NCBI GenBank assembly: GCA_964460145.1
Contig: CAYWPH010000001.1
Coordinates: 26,579 to 90,578, forward strand
From: an uncultured Gammaproteobacteria bacterium
Lineage (GTDB): Bacteria; Patescibacteriota; Microgenomatia; Levybacterales; UBA12049
DNA: 64,000 nt
Reading direction: 5' to 3'
Shown in pieces: positions 19,001-27,657 of the stretch (positions within the stretch are counted from its first letter, which is position 1; the number at the start of each line of letters is the position of its first letter). The notes below the pieces were generated by a model. It made no database searches and was not told the origin of the DNA. It saw only the letters and a list, made by a program, of their open reading frames with translations. The position numbers were made by a program, and so were the translations under genes.

Positions 19001-20446
19001 TTATTGTTTAGTGCCTCTTAAAAATACTGCCTGCCAGGATCTGTAGTTAGAAGTAAATTTATCTGAAATTATTGTTTTTCCATTTTTTGTAACAGTTCTT
19101 GTAAAGTATACATTTGCACCCCATGCCTCAAAATCAGTTTGTTGTACTTGACCAATAGGTAAGTTTGGATCGTCTTGATAAAGAGGTGCTGGTGGGGCAG
19201 ACTGATTTAATATTACCGGTTTAGATATATTAGTCACTCTTCCATCATTGGTGCCGTAGAAATAAAATTTCAAGGAGTAATTATTAAGATCAATTTCTCT
19301 TTGTACTAATATATAGTTTCCCGTATCGTTTTTAAACTTTAAATCAACACTTGGAACAAATATGGTTGCGTCAAGGCCAGGCGGAGAATCTTGTTCATAA
19401 TACCCTACTCTGTATGCATGGGCGTTTCTTTCTACAATGGGAAGTCCTGCGTCTAAGATGGCTCTGAAAAAAGTCGTGGATACTTGACATACTCCTCCTC
19501 CATCACCAAGTACTGTTCGCCCATTCTGAATGATATATGCCTGCTTATATCCTGTAAAAGCCGATATGTCGCCTAGTGCTTTATTAAAAGAAAATACTTC
19601 ACCTGGAGCGATTAAAATTCCATTAATTCTTGAGGCTGCAAGGTTTATATTAAAAACTCTCCCTGGTATTGAGTGATAAAAAGTAGATTCCCCTTTTCCT
19701 ATTAATTCTTTTATTCCAAGATTATTTGCTTTTTCTGTAGTAATATTAGGCTCAATGATAACTATGGGAATTGGGATAATTATTTCCTGAGCTTTATTAG
19801 ATGTTATTATGGTTAAGGTTTTCTCTTCTAATATCTGATTTATTTTGTCCATGCCTACTGTTTGTCCGTTTTCTGAGGGCCTGAAGGTTGTTACTCTTCC
19901 ATTTTCAAATTTAAACTGCGCATCAACAGGATCCTTATCTATTTTTTTCTTTATTGGTTCTAGATTTTGGCTTAAAATATTTCTTGAAAAAGTATAGGCT
20001 GGAGAAAGACGTATTCCCCCAAAATACGCCTGTATAATAAGGCTAACATTAGAAAAAAGATTGGTGGATTTTCCTAAAGAGAATACTTGAGTTGCCAAAA
20101 GTTCTGATTCATATCCAAAATTAATCTGTTTTGCAGAAACCGTTGCTACACCATATTCGCTGACAAATACGAATGAAGTTGTACCTATATTATTATTTTT
20201 AGCATCAAAATAAGCTTTGACGTAGTCTTGTGTCTTTCCTCCAAAGTCTTTATTTCCTATATAAATACCTGGGTAAACTTTATTGTCATATATTTTTTGA
20301 TATGCAAATAAAAGAACGCTTGTTAAAAAAAACAAAGAAAGAAACGCTCCTGTAGAAAACCAAAATAAATTTGTGGCTATTTTGCTTAGGCGCTTTAAGT
20401 ATTTGAAACGAAACTTAGTTTTAATCTTTGGATAGGATATGTTCAT
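19001..20446 (-). CDS. VanW family protein with peptidoglycan-binding region
   Basis: GEVFSFN, GGGVCQVSTT, GLDAT, DLKFKN; N-terminal TM. Confidence 0.92.
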   Translation of the reverse strand: MNISYPKIKTKFRFKYLKRLSKIATNLFWFSTGAFLSLFFLTSVLLFAYQKIYDNKVYPGIYIGNKDFGGKTQDYVKAYFDAKNNNIGTTSFVFVSEYGVATVSAKQINFGYESELLATQVFSLGKSTNLFSNVSLIIQAYFGGIRLSPAYTFSRNILSQNLEPIKKKIDKDPVDAQFKFENGRVTTFRPSENGQTVGMDKINQILEEKTLTIITSNKAQEIIIPIPIVIIEPNITTEKANNLGIKELIGKGESTFYHSIPGRVFNINLAASRINGILIAPGEVFSFNKALGDISAFTGYKQAYIIQNGRTVLGDGGGVCQVSTTFFRAILDAGLPIVERNAHAYRVGYYEQDSPPGLDATIFVPSVDLKFKNDTGNYILVQREIDLNNYSLKFYFYGTNDGRVTNISKPVILNQSAPPAPLYQDDPNLPIGQVQQTDFEAWGANVYFTRTVTKNGKTIISDKFTSNYRSWQAVFLRGTKQ

Positions 20447-20485
20447 TGAGTAGCTTTATATATTGTATTATACTATAAAAAGTGT

Positions 20486-21979
20486 ATGGAAAACGATCAA
20501 ACGGTATTTCAAAACCCTCAAACACAAAGCTCGCCAGCGCCCAATCCTTTTGCTGGGCAAACAGCTAATCAACAGCCACAATCTTCTCCTTCGCCTCTTA
20601 TTATGCCATCTCCTCAGCCACAGCCTTCTCTTTCTCCAAAAGAGGTATTAGAGGGTGGTAATGGGAAAAAAAGGTTGCCAATTAAAAATATCCTAAGAAT
20701 TCTGATAGGCTTGGCTGTTATAGTTTTGGTAGGAGCATTTATTTTCTTTGTAGCCACAACTCTATTTGGCAACAAAAAATCAGACAGTGGTAATGCACAG
20801 CTTACATTCTGGGGTCTTTGGGAAGATAGCAAAACAATGCAGGTTATCATTGATGATTTTCAAAGACAAAATTCCAATATTAAAGTCAATTACACAAAAC
20901 AGGATATAAAACAGTATAGGGAAACTTTAACTACTAGAATTGAGAATGGAAAAGGACCAGATATTTTTCTGTTTCATAATAGCTGGTACCCTATGTTTTC
21001 CAAAGTTTTACTTCCTTTCCCAAGCGACACCATTTCTACCGATGAGTTTTTGAAGTCTTTTTATCCAGTTACGCAAAAAGATTTAGTAAAAAATGGAGCT
21101 ATATACGGCATACCCATGAATATAGACACACTGGCTATGTATGTAAACAAAGATATTTTTAGCTCAGCTGGTCTTTCCTATCCAAAAACTTGGAATGATT
21201 TTATAGATAGTTCAAGAACACTAACTGTAAAAGATGAAGAGGGTAAGATAAAAACGGCAGGAGCAGCAATGGGAACATATGACAATGTTAATCATGCTCC
21301 TGATATTTTATCTTTGCTTTTTTTGCAAAATGGAGTAGATTTTGAAAATATAGAGGGTTCCAGGGATAGATTTTTAGGTGCATTTAATTTTTATACTTCA
21401 TTTGCAACCGATGCAAATAATGTTTGGGATAATACATTAGATCCCTCGCTTCTTGCATTCTCAAAGGGAAATCTGGCGATGTATTTTGGATATTCCTGGG
21501 ACTTTTTTACAATTAAAACACTTAACCCAAGCCTTAACTTTGAAATAACAACAGTTCCTCAGCTTCCCAATCAATCCATTAATATGGCAAGTTATTGGGC
21601 AGCTGGAGTTTCGGCAAAAAGCACACATCAAAAAGAGGCGTTGAAATTCGTAAGTTTTTTGGGAAAAAAAGAAGTGGAAGAAAAAATGTATACTGAGCAA
21701 TCTAAGCAAAGAGTATTCGGAGAACCATATGCAAGAGTTGATCTTGCCGATAACCTAAAAGATAATCCCTTAGTTTATCCAATTTTGCTTCAAGCAAAAA
21801 CTGCAGAGCCTAGTGCTTTCGTTGACTCTACAAATGACAATGGATTAAATCAGGAGTTAAACACATATCTTGGAAACGCTGTAAATTCAATATATAACGG
21901 AGGCTCAGTAGACAGTGCATTTGATACTTTAAGTCAAGGAGTGTCACAGGTTTTAGGAAAATATGGACAGCAAAAGTAA
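20486..21979 (+). CDS. Extracellular sugar-binding protein (SBP family 1), membrane-anchored
   Basis: LTFWGLWE, GPDIF, IYGIP, PKTWNDF; Pro/Gln-rich N-terminus plus TM. Confidence 0.85.
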   Translation: MENDQTVFQNPQTQSSPAPNPFAGQTANQQPQSSPSPLIMPSPQPQPSLSPKEVLEGGNGKKRLPIKNILRILIGLAVIVLVGAFIFFVATTLFGNKKSDSGNAQLTFWGLWEDSKTMQVIIDDFQRQNSNIKVNYTKQDIKQYRETLTTRIENGKGPDIFLFHNSWYPMFSKVLLPFPSDTISTDEFLKSFYPVTQKDLVKNGAIYGIPMNIDTLAMYVNKDIFSSAGLSYPKTWNDFIDSSRTLTVKDEEGKIKTAGAAMGTYDNVNHAPDILSLLFLQNGVDFENIEGSRDRFLGAFNFYTSFATDANNVWDNTLDPSLLAFSKGNLAMYFGYSWDFFTIKTLNPSLNFEITTVPQLPNQSINMASYWAAGVSAKSTHQKEALKFVSFLGKKEVEEKMYTEQSKQRVFGEPYARVDLADNLKDNPLVYPILLQAKTAEPSAFVDSTNDNGLNQELNTYLGNAVNSIYNGGSVDSAFDTLSQGVSQVLGKYGQQK

Positions 21980-22817
21980 AAAGTTAATCTTAAATACGCT
22001 GTCTTACTTTGATTTATTCAATTACCCCCTAACCAGGGATGAAGCTTGGCAGTTTTCCGAAATAAAACAAAGCAAAGAAAGTTTTTATAAAGATTTACAA
22101 AAGCTAAATATTTCTTCTTATAAATCTTTTTATTTTCTTGAAAAAAGAAAATCTATAGTTAAAAAAAGACTAGAAAAAGAAAAAATAAGCAGTCAAAAAT
22201 TAAAAAAAGCTATAAAAATTATTAATAAATTAAGTCTTATTCCAACAGTTAATTTTATTGGTATTAGCGGAAGTTTAGCAATGAAAAACAGCAACTTGGA
22301 AGATGATATTGATATTTTTGTCATTTGCCAAAGCAATCTCGTTTGGTTTACAAGACTTATTTTGGCAGTTTATCTAAGTTTTTTAGGGGTATATAGGAAA
22401 AAACATGAAAAAAATCCAAAAGACAAGATTTGCTTAAACTTAATTATTGGAAATAAAAATACAGCGTTTTTTAAAAATAGACAAAACTTATACATTGCCC
22501 ACGAAATAGTTCAGCTTATGCCAATTTTTCAACAAGAAAATTCTTACTTTGATTTTATTAACAAAAACAACTGGATATTAAGTTTTTTACCTAACTACGA
22601 TGCTCGTATTCAAAGCTATAAAATACCTTTTTATAAAAGTAAAAAATTAATAGATAGTATTTTAATAAATATTTTGTATATCTTAAGAGTTGAAAAAATT
22701 GCAAAATTTATTCAATGGAATTACATGAAAAAAGACGTAACACTTGAAACAATTGAAGATAATTTTTTAGCATTTCATCCTGTAAATTTTGAAAAAAAGG
22801 TGAGCAAGTTTTTTTAG
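21963..22817 (+). CDS. Hypothetical protein, nucleotidyltransferase-like
   Basis: GISGSLA...DDIDIFVI Pol-beta superfamily signature. Confidence 0.7.
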   Translation: MDSKSKKLILNTLSYFDLFNYPLTRDEAWQFSEIKQSKESFYKDLQKLNISSYKSFYFLEKRKSIVKKRLEKEKISSQKLKKAIKIINKLSLIPTVNFIGISGSLAMKNSNLEDDIDIFVICQSNLVWFTRLILAVYLSFLGVYRKKHEKNPKDKICLNLIIGNKNTAFFKNRQNLYIAHEIVQLMPIFQQENSYFDFINKNNWILSFLPNYDARIQSYKIPFYKSKKLIDSILINILYILRVEKIAKFIQWNYMKKDVTLETIEDNFLAFHPVNFEKKVSKFF

Positions 22818-22859
22818 ATTAAAAACCATAAACGTCCTCTAATTATATACTAGAGGGCA

Positions 22860-22949
22860 TTGACAAAATTTTTCATATTGGTTAATATGCATTGTACAAA
22901 TAACTGAATTTATTTATTCCCTCGAAGTATTTTTGAGGGATTTTATTTT
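22860..22949 (+). promoter_or_regulatory. greA promoter and terminator-like hairpin in the 5' leader
   Basis: TTGACA-17 nt-TAATAT; hairpin TCCCTCGAA/TTTGAGGGA (22918-22940) followed by TTTTATTTT before the ATG. Confidence 0.55.
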
Positions 22950-22957
22950 AAGAAAAT

Positions 22958-23431
22958 ATGGATAGTAAAACAATATACTTAACAAAAGAAGGATTAGAGC
23001 AGCTCAGGAAAGAGCATGATGAGTTAAATACTTCTAAAAGACCGCTCGTTTTAGAAAGAGTATCTCAGGCAAGAAGCATGGGTGATCTTTCAGAAAATGC
23101 AGAATATGTCGCTGCAAGAGAAGAACTTTCCTTTATTGACGGAAGATTAGGTGAGCTTGAAGAACTTATTAATCAAGCTGTATTAATTGAAGAAAACCAT
23201 CACAAGGGCGGAAATAACGTCGTGAAGCTTGGGTCTAAGGTTTTTGTAAATATAAAAGGAAAAAAAGAAGAGTTTACTGTTGTTGGGGAGTGGGAAGCAG
23301 ATCCTAAAGAGAAAAAAATTTCGCATGAGTCCCCTCTTGGAAAAGCACTTTTAGGTAAAAAGGTAGGAGAAAAAGTAGAAGTTGAAGCTCCAGCAGGAAC
23401 TGTTAGCTATACAATAGTTTCTGTTAATTAA
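22958..23431 (+). CDS. greA: Transcription elongation factor GreA
   Basis: GDLSENAEY and ISHESPLGKALLG. Confidence 0.98.
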   Translation: MDSKTIYLTKEGLEQLRKEHDELNTSKRPLVLERVSQARSMGDLSENAEYVAAREELSFIDGRLGELEELINQAVLIEENHHKGGNNVVKLGSKVFVNIKGKKEEFTVVGEWEADPKEKKISHESPLGKALLGKKVGEKVEVEAPAGTVSYTIVSVN

Positions 23432-23475
23432 CTCTCTATTAATAAAACTTCAAAAACTGGTACAATTTGTAAGCT

Positions 23476-24651
23476 ATGGCAAGAGTAAAAATAAGTGAAT
23501 ACAAAGCTAAACAACTTGTCTATAAACATTTAGGCTTTTCCTCTAATCTTATTTCTTTAAATCTAGATAATCCTTCTGCATTAGATAATCTAGATCCTAA
23601 AAAAAGCTATGCTATTAAGGTTGATCAGGGAGTTAAAGGAAGACTTAAAAAAGGATTAGTTGCTTTGGATAAATCATCTCAAGAGGTAAAAACTATAATT
23701 GATTCTTATAAAAAACTTGGGTTTAATTCTTTTTTAATTGAAGAGTTTGTTCCTCATGCAGGCTCTCAGGAAAAATACATATCAATAGAGAGAGTTAAAG
23801 ATGGAAAATTGATTTTATATTCCAATAAGGGTGGAATTGATATTGAAAAAAATATTGAAAACGTAAAGAAAGTGATTATTAAAGACGATAACAATCTTAA
23901 AGAGATTGCAAATTATTTAGAAGTAAGTACAGAGTTTTTGGAAAAAATAATTAATCTTTATGACGAGCTTTATTTCTCCTTTTTAGAAATTAATCCATTG
24001 GTAATTAAAGATAAAAACATATACCTTCTTGATCTTGCAGTAGAAGTTGATAGCACAGCAGAGTTTTTTGTAAATGGGCTTTGGGAAGCTGGGGATTTTG
24101 TTTCAGTAAATGCAAAAACAAAAGAAGAAGAGGAAATAATAAATCTATCAGCTAAAAGCCAAGCTGCATTTAAGCTTGATGTTCTAAATCCAAATGGGAG
24201 TATCTTCATGCTTTTATCTGGTGGAGGAGCAAGTATTGTTTTAGCAGATGAGGTGCAAACCCAAGGGTTTAGTAAGGATCTTGCAAACTATGGTGAATAT
24301 AGCGGAAATCCCAGTCAAGAGGAAACATATATTTATACAAAAAATTTATTAAGCCTACTTTTAAAATCTAAAGCAAATAAAAAAGTTTTAATAATAGGCG
24401 GAGGCGTTGCTAACTTTACGGATATAAGAATTACTTTTAAAGGAATTGTAAAAGCTCTGGAGGAAGTTAAAGATGATCTTAAAAAACAAGAAATTAAAGT
24501 TTTTGTAAGAAGAGGAGGTCCTTATCAAAGGGCAGGATTAAAAGATATGGAAACCTTTTTAGAAAAAGAAGATTTTTTGGGAAAAGTATCCGGACCAGAG
24601 ATGGTTTTAACTGACATTGTTTTATATGCATTAAATTATTTAAAAAAATGA
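23476..24651 (+). CDS. aclB: ATP-citrate lyase, ATP-grasp/citrate-binding subunit
   Basis: LEINPL, GGGASIVLAD, ANYGEYSGNP, IGGGVANFT, VRRGGP. Confidence 0.9.
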   Translation: MARVKISEYKAKQLVYKHLGFSSNLISLNLDNPSALDNLDPKKSYAIKVDQGVKGRLKKGLVALDKSSQEVKTIIDSYKKLGFNSFLIEEFVPHAGSQEKYISIERVKDGKLILYSNKGGIDIEKNIENVKKVIIKDDNNLKEIANYLEVSTEFLEKIINLYDELYFSFLEINPLVIKDKNIYLLDLAVEVDSTAEFFVNGLWEAGDFVSVNAKTKEEEEIINLSAKSQAAFKLDVLNPNGSIFMLLSGGGASIVLADEVQTQGFSKDLANYGEYSGNPSQEETYIYTKNLLSLLLKSKANKKVLIIGGGVANFTDIRITFKGIVKALEEVKDDLKKQEIKVFVRRGGPYQRAGLKDMETFLEKEDFLGKVSGPEMVLTDIVLYALNYLKK

Positions 24652-26441
24652 TAGACATAGAAAAAATAAGAAAAAATGAGGGCAAAATAATTACGGTAGG
24701 AAGTTATCCTGCAATAATTCAATCTATTTTAGATTTTGACTATCTAGGCGGTAAAAAAACATCAACAGTTTCTGCAATTATTGCAACAGGAAGAAAATTT
24801 GAGAGATATTTTTGGGGCAAAAAGGAAATTCTTATCCCAGTATATTCTTCTGTTGACGTTATTCCAGATTCCAAAAAGAAAAATTTAACATTTTTTCTTA
24901 ATTTAACCTCAGCAAGAAGAATCTTATCTTCTACAAAAAATTTACTCGAAAGCATACCTTCGCTTTTAGGAGGCGTAATTTTTGCAGAAAATGTGCCGGA
25001 AAAACACGCAATAGAGTTATATAACCTTTCTCAAAAAACAAATAAGTTCATAATTGGTCCCGCAAGTGTAGGCATGGTTATTCCAAATGTTTTTAAACTG
25101 GGTGCAATAGGTGGAATAGATGCAAATCAGTTAGTAGATTCATCACTTTTTACCCCTGGAAACATTGCTGTATTTTCTGCATCAGGTGGTATGACAGGAG
25201 AGCTAATTAGAATAGTTGCTCAAAATAATAAAAATATTTCATTCTCTTTGTCTTTTGGCGGAGATAGATTTCCCATTACCTCACCAAAAGATGCATTTAT
25301 TGCTGCTCAAAATGATCCAGAGACAAAAGTGATTTGTTACTTTGGAGAACTTGGTGGAATTGATGAATATGAGTTAGCAGATCTTATTAAAACAAAAAAA
25401 GTAACTAAATCTGTCTTTTGTTTTATAGCAGGAAGTATTTCTGAAATTTTTGAAACTCCTCCACAATTTGGTCATGCAAAGGCAATGGCAAAAAACAGAA
25501 ATGAAAGTGCCAAAGAAAAAAAAGAAGCACTTAAAGATGTGGGAGCAATTGTTGCCGATACTTTTTCAGAGTTTGTTGAGCTTATAAGAGATCTTGACTA
25601 TGAAGATGTGAAAAGTAAACAAAATTATAGTAAAATACAAGTAGATATGGAAAATAGAAAACAAGCACTGATTGCAACAACTATATCAAGCGATGAAAAT
25701 GGCCAGGTAAAAATACTCGGAGAAGATTTATTAAGTTTTGCAAAAAATAATTCCTTTGCCTTTATTGTGGGATCTTTATTTTTAGGCAAAAAATTAAAAT
25801 CTAGAGAACTAAGTGAATTCATAGATTTTACTCTTAGATTATTGGTTGATCACGGACCTTATGTATCTGGTGCCGTAAATACAATTATTGCGTCCCGTGC
25901 CGGAAAAGATTTAGTTTCATCTCTTTCCAGCGGACTTCTTACCATAGGGCCAAGATTTGGAGGGGCTATTAATCAGGCAGCTCAAAATTGGCTTATAGGT
26001 GTATCTGAAAATAAAAATCCTGTTGAGTTTGTAGAAGAGTTTGCTAAACAAAAAATTTATATTTCAGGCATTGGACATAAGAAATATAGTTTGGATATGC
26101 CAGATCCAAGAGTTGTGGAAATACTTAAATTCTCTGAAAAACTTTCAGAAAAAAAATTTACATCTTTTGCAAAAAAAGTAGAAAAAATTACCACAGGAAA
26201 GAAAGCAAATTTAATTTTAAATATTGATGGCGCTATTGCTGCAGTTTTGTTAGATATATTATCTGAAAAAGAGGGTTATTCAAAAAGTCAGTTACAAGAA
26301 TTAATAGATACAGAATTTTTTAATGCTTTATTTGTGCTATCTCGTTCTGTTGGATTTATTGCGCACTTTTTAGACCAGAAAAGATTAGATGAAGGACTTT
26401 TCAGGCTTGATGAAGATATGGTAGCTTCGGTTGAAAAATAA
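24648..26441 (+). CDS. aclA: ATP-citrate lyase, CoA-binding/citryl-CoA lyase subunit
   Basis: IIGPASVG, SGGM, QFGHAKA (phospho-His), DHGPYVSGA, GIGH, LNIDG. Confidence 0.92.
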   Translation: MIDIEKIRKNEGKIITVGSYPAIIQSILDFDYLGGKKTSTVSAIIATGRKFERYFWGKKEILIPVYSSVDVIPDSKKKNLTFFLNLTSARRILSSTKNLLESIPSLLGGVIFAENVPEKHAIELYNLSQKTNKFIIGPASVGMVIPNVFKLGAIGGIDANQLVDSSLFTPGNIAVFSASGGMTGELIRIVAQNNKNISFSLSFGGDRFPITSPKDAFIAAQNDPETKVICYFGELGGIDEYELADLIKTKKVTKSVFCFIAGSISEIFETPPQFGHAKAMAKNRNESAKEKKEALKDVGAIVADTFSEFVELIRDLDYEDVKSKQNYSKIQVDMENRKQALIATTISSDENGQVKILGEDLLSFAKNNSFAFIVGSLFLGKKLKSRELSEFIDFTLRLLVDHGPYVSGAVNTIIASRAGKDLVSSLSSGLLTIGPRFGGAINQAAQNWLIGVSENKNPVEFVEEFAKQKIYISGIGHKKYSLDMPDPRVVEILKFSEKLSEKKFTSFAKKVEKITTGKKANLILNIDGAIAAVLLDILSEKEGYSKSQLQELIDTEFFNALFVLSRSVGFIAHFLDQKRLDEGLFRLDEDMVASVEK

Positions 26442-26515
26442 TTCCCCAAAAATTAATATTTGATATCTCTTAAAAACAGGAGTAAAATTATCTACGCAAT
26501 TGAGGATATTAATTA

Positions 26516-27334
26516 ATGAAACATTGCGATTGTATACTTTGCCAATTTAATAATCCGAAACCCACGGCAACAGCGGTAATCATAAAAGATCAAAAACTTC
26601 TAGTTGGAAAAAGAAATCTAAAGGGAGAGCCATTTTTTGGAGAGTATGATTTTTTTGGAGGTTTTCTTCAAGAAGGCGAAAATCCGGAAGATACACTGAA
26701 ACGTGAAATAAAAGAAGAGCTTGGTGTAGATTCTGATCTTACGTTTTTGGGAACTTTTACAGGATCGTCTGATTATCAAGGTTACGGATTTCCAGTCATA
26801 ACTTTTGTATATATAACAGAACTTCTAGGTGATATTGTCTTGGATAAAAAAGAGAATTCAGAGATGGAATGGATTCCAATAAAAGAAATTAAAACTATAG
26901 CTTTTGACTCAAATCAAAAAATTTTAAAATACATAAAAGATAAGTTTGAATATGATCTAAAAACTGTAAAGAATTTAGTTTATCAGCTTGATCCAAGTGC
27001 TAATGTTAACGAACAGTCTTTATATAAAGCTATTTTAAATGGATATCTTAGTAAAGTTGAAGATAAGGGTAAGTTAGTAGGTATAGGATGGATTTTCCCG
27101 AGAAGAACACTACTTCGCAAACAAGCAGTAGTTGAGGATATGATTGTAAACGGTGATTACCGCGGACAAGGTCTCGGAGAAAAAATTCTGAGGGATTTAA
27201 TTAAATGGGCAAAAAAAGAGGGCGTTGAGGTTATTGAACTAACAACCAATCCCAAAAGGGTTGCAGCAAACTCCCTATACAAAAAAGTCGGCTTCAAGTT
27301 GCATGAAACAAATCACTATCTTCTTAAATTATAA
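26516..27334 (+). CDS. Nudix hydrolase-GNAT acetyltransferase fusion
   Basis: Nudix box GGFLQEGENPEDTLKREIKEELG; GNAT VEDMIV..YRGQGLG..A..LYKKVGF. Confidence 0.85.
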   Translation: MKHCDCILCQFNNPKPTATAVIIKDQKLLVGKRNLKGEPFFGEYDFFGGFLQEGENPEDTLKREIKEELGVDSDLTFLGTFTGSSDYQGYGFPVITFVYITELLGDIVLDKKENSEMEWIPIKEIKTIAFDSNQKILKYIKDKFEYDLKTVKNLVYQLDPSANVNEQSLYKAILNGYLSKVEDKGKLVGIGWIFPRRTLLRKQAVVEDMIVNGDYRGQGLGEKILRDLIKWAKKEGVEVIELTTNPKRVAANSLYKKVGFKLHETNHYLLKL

Positions 27335-27381
27335 TTTATTTTTATATTCAGAAATAAACTGATATAATTACCCCCAAGTTT

Positions 27382-27410
27382 TTGACAAATAAAATATTTA
27401 GTGTTAGAAT
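27382..27410 (+). promoter_or_regulatory. Sigma70 promoter of the lys/dap operon leader
   Basis: TTGACA-17 nt-TAGAAT with extended TG. Confidence 0.8.
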
Positions 27411-27420
27411 AAGCAAGTCA

Positions 27421-27495
27421 ATGAAAAACTTAGTTATTAGTTTTGAAGATAAGTGCAAGAAGAACCTTTCAATGAGGGGTTTTGTCTTGTCGTAA
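27421..27495 (+). CDS. Leader peptide 1, MKNLVISFEDKCKKNLSMRGFVLS (putative Lys attenuator)
   Basis: Lies between promoter and terminator; Lys at 11, 13, 14; paralog at 31709. Confidence 0.75.
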   Translation: MKNLVISFEDKCKKNLSMRGFVLS

Positions 27496-27519
27496 ATTTA
27501 GACCCAAAAGTAACGAGAC

Positions 27520-27542
27520 GCCCCTCAGTAGAGGGGTTTTTT
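27520..27542 (+). terminator. Attenuator terminator 1
   Basis: GCCCCTC-AGTA-GAGGGGT followed by a T run; 5' arm can alternatively pair with GAGGGGTTTTGTCTTG in the leader ORF. Confidence 0.8.
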
Positions 27543-27543
27543 A

Positions 27544-27657
27544 ATGGGAAAAACAAATATGGCAACAATAAATAGAAATGTAAAACTTATCCGTCGGGTA
27601 AAAACAGTTGATTATTTTGCAACTGTAGATTTTAGCATACTAAGGAGGTCATTATGA
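27544..27657 (+). CDS. Possible 37-aa (or 32-aa from ATG 27559) small ORF coupled to lysC
   Basis: MGKTNMATINRNVKLIRRVKTVDYFATVDFSILRRSL; its stop overlaps the lysC start (ATGA). Confidence 0.3.
   Translation: MGKTNMATINRNVKLIRRVKTVDYFATVDFSILRRSL

Noticed and set aside
22833-22858. Hairpin GTCCTCTA/TAGAGGGC as an ncRNA
   Set aside because: Short; best explained as a terminator-like hairpin for the upstream operon
27411-27653. Lysine riboswitch or T-box upstream of lysC
   Set aside because: Only ~125 nt from promoter to terminator, AT-rich, with no recognisable L-box core or T-box UGGNACC bulge; the leader-peptide model explains the pairings
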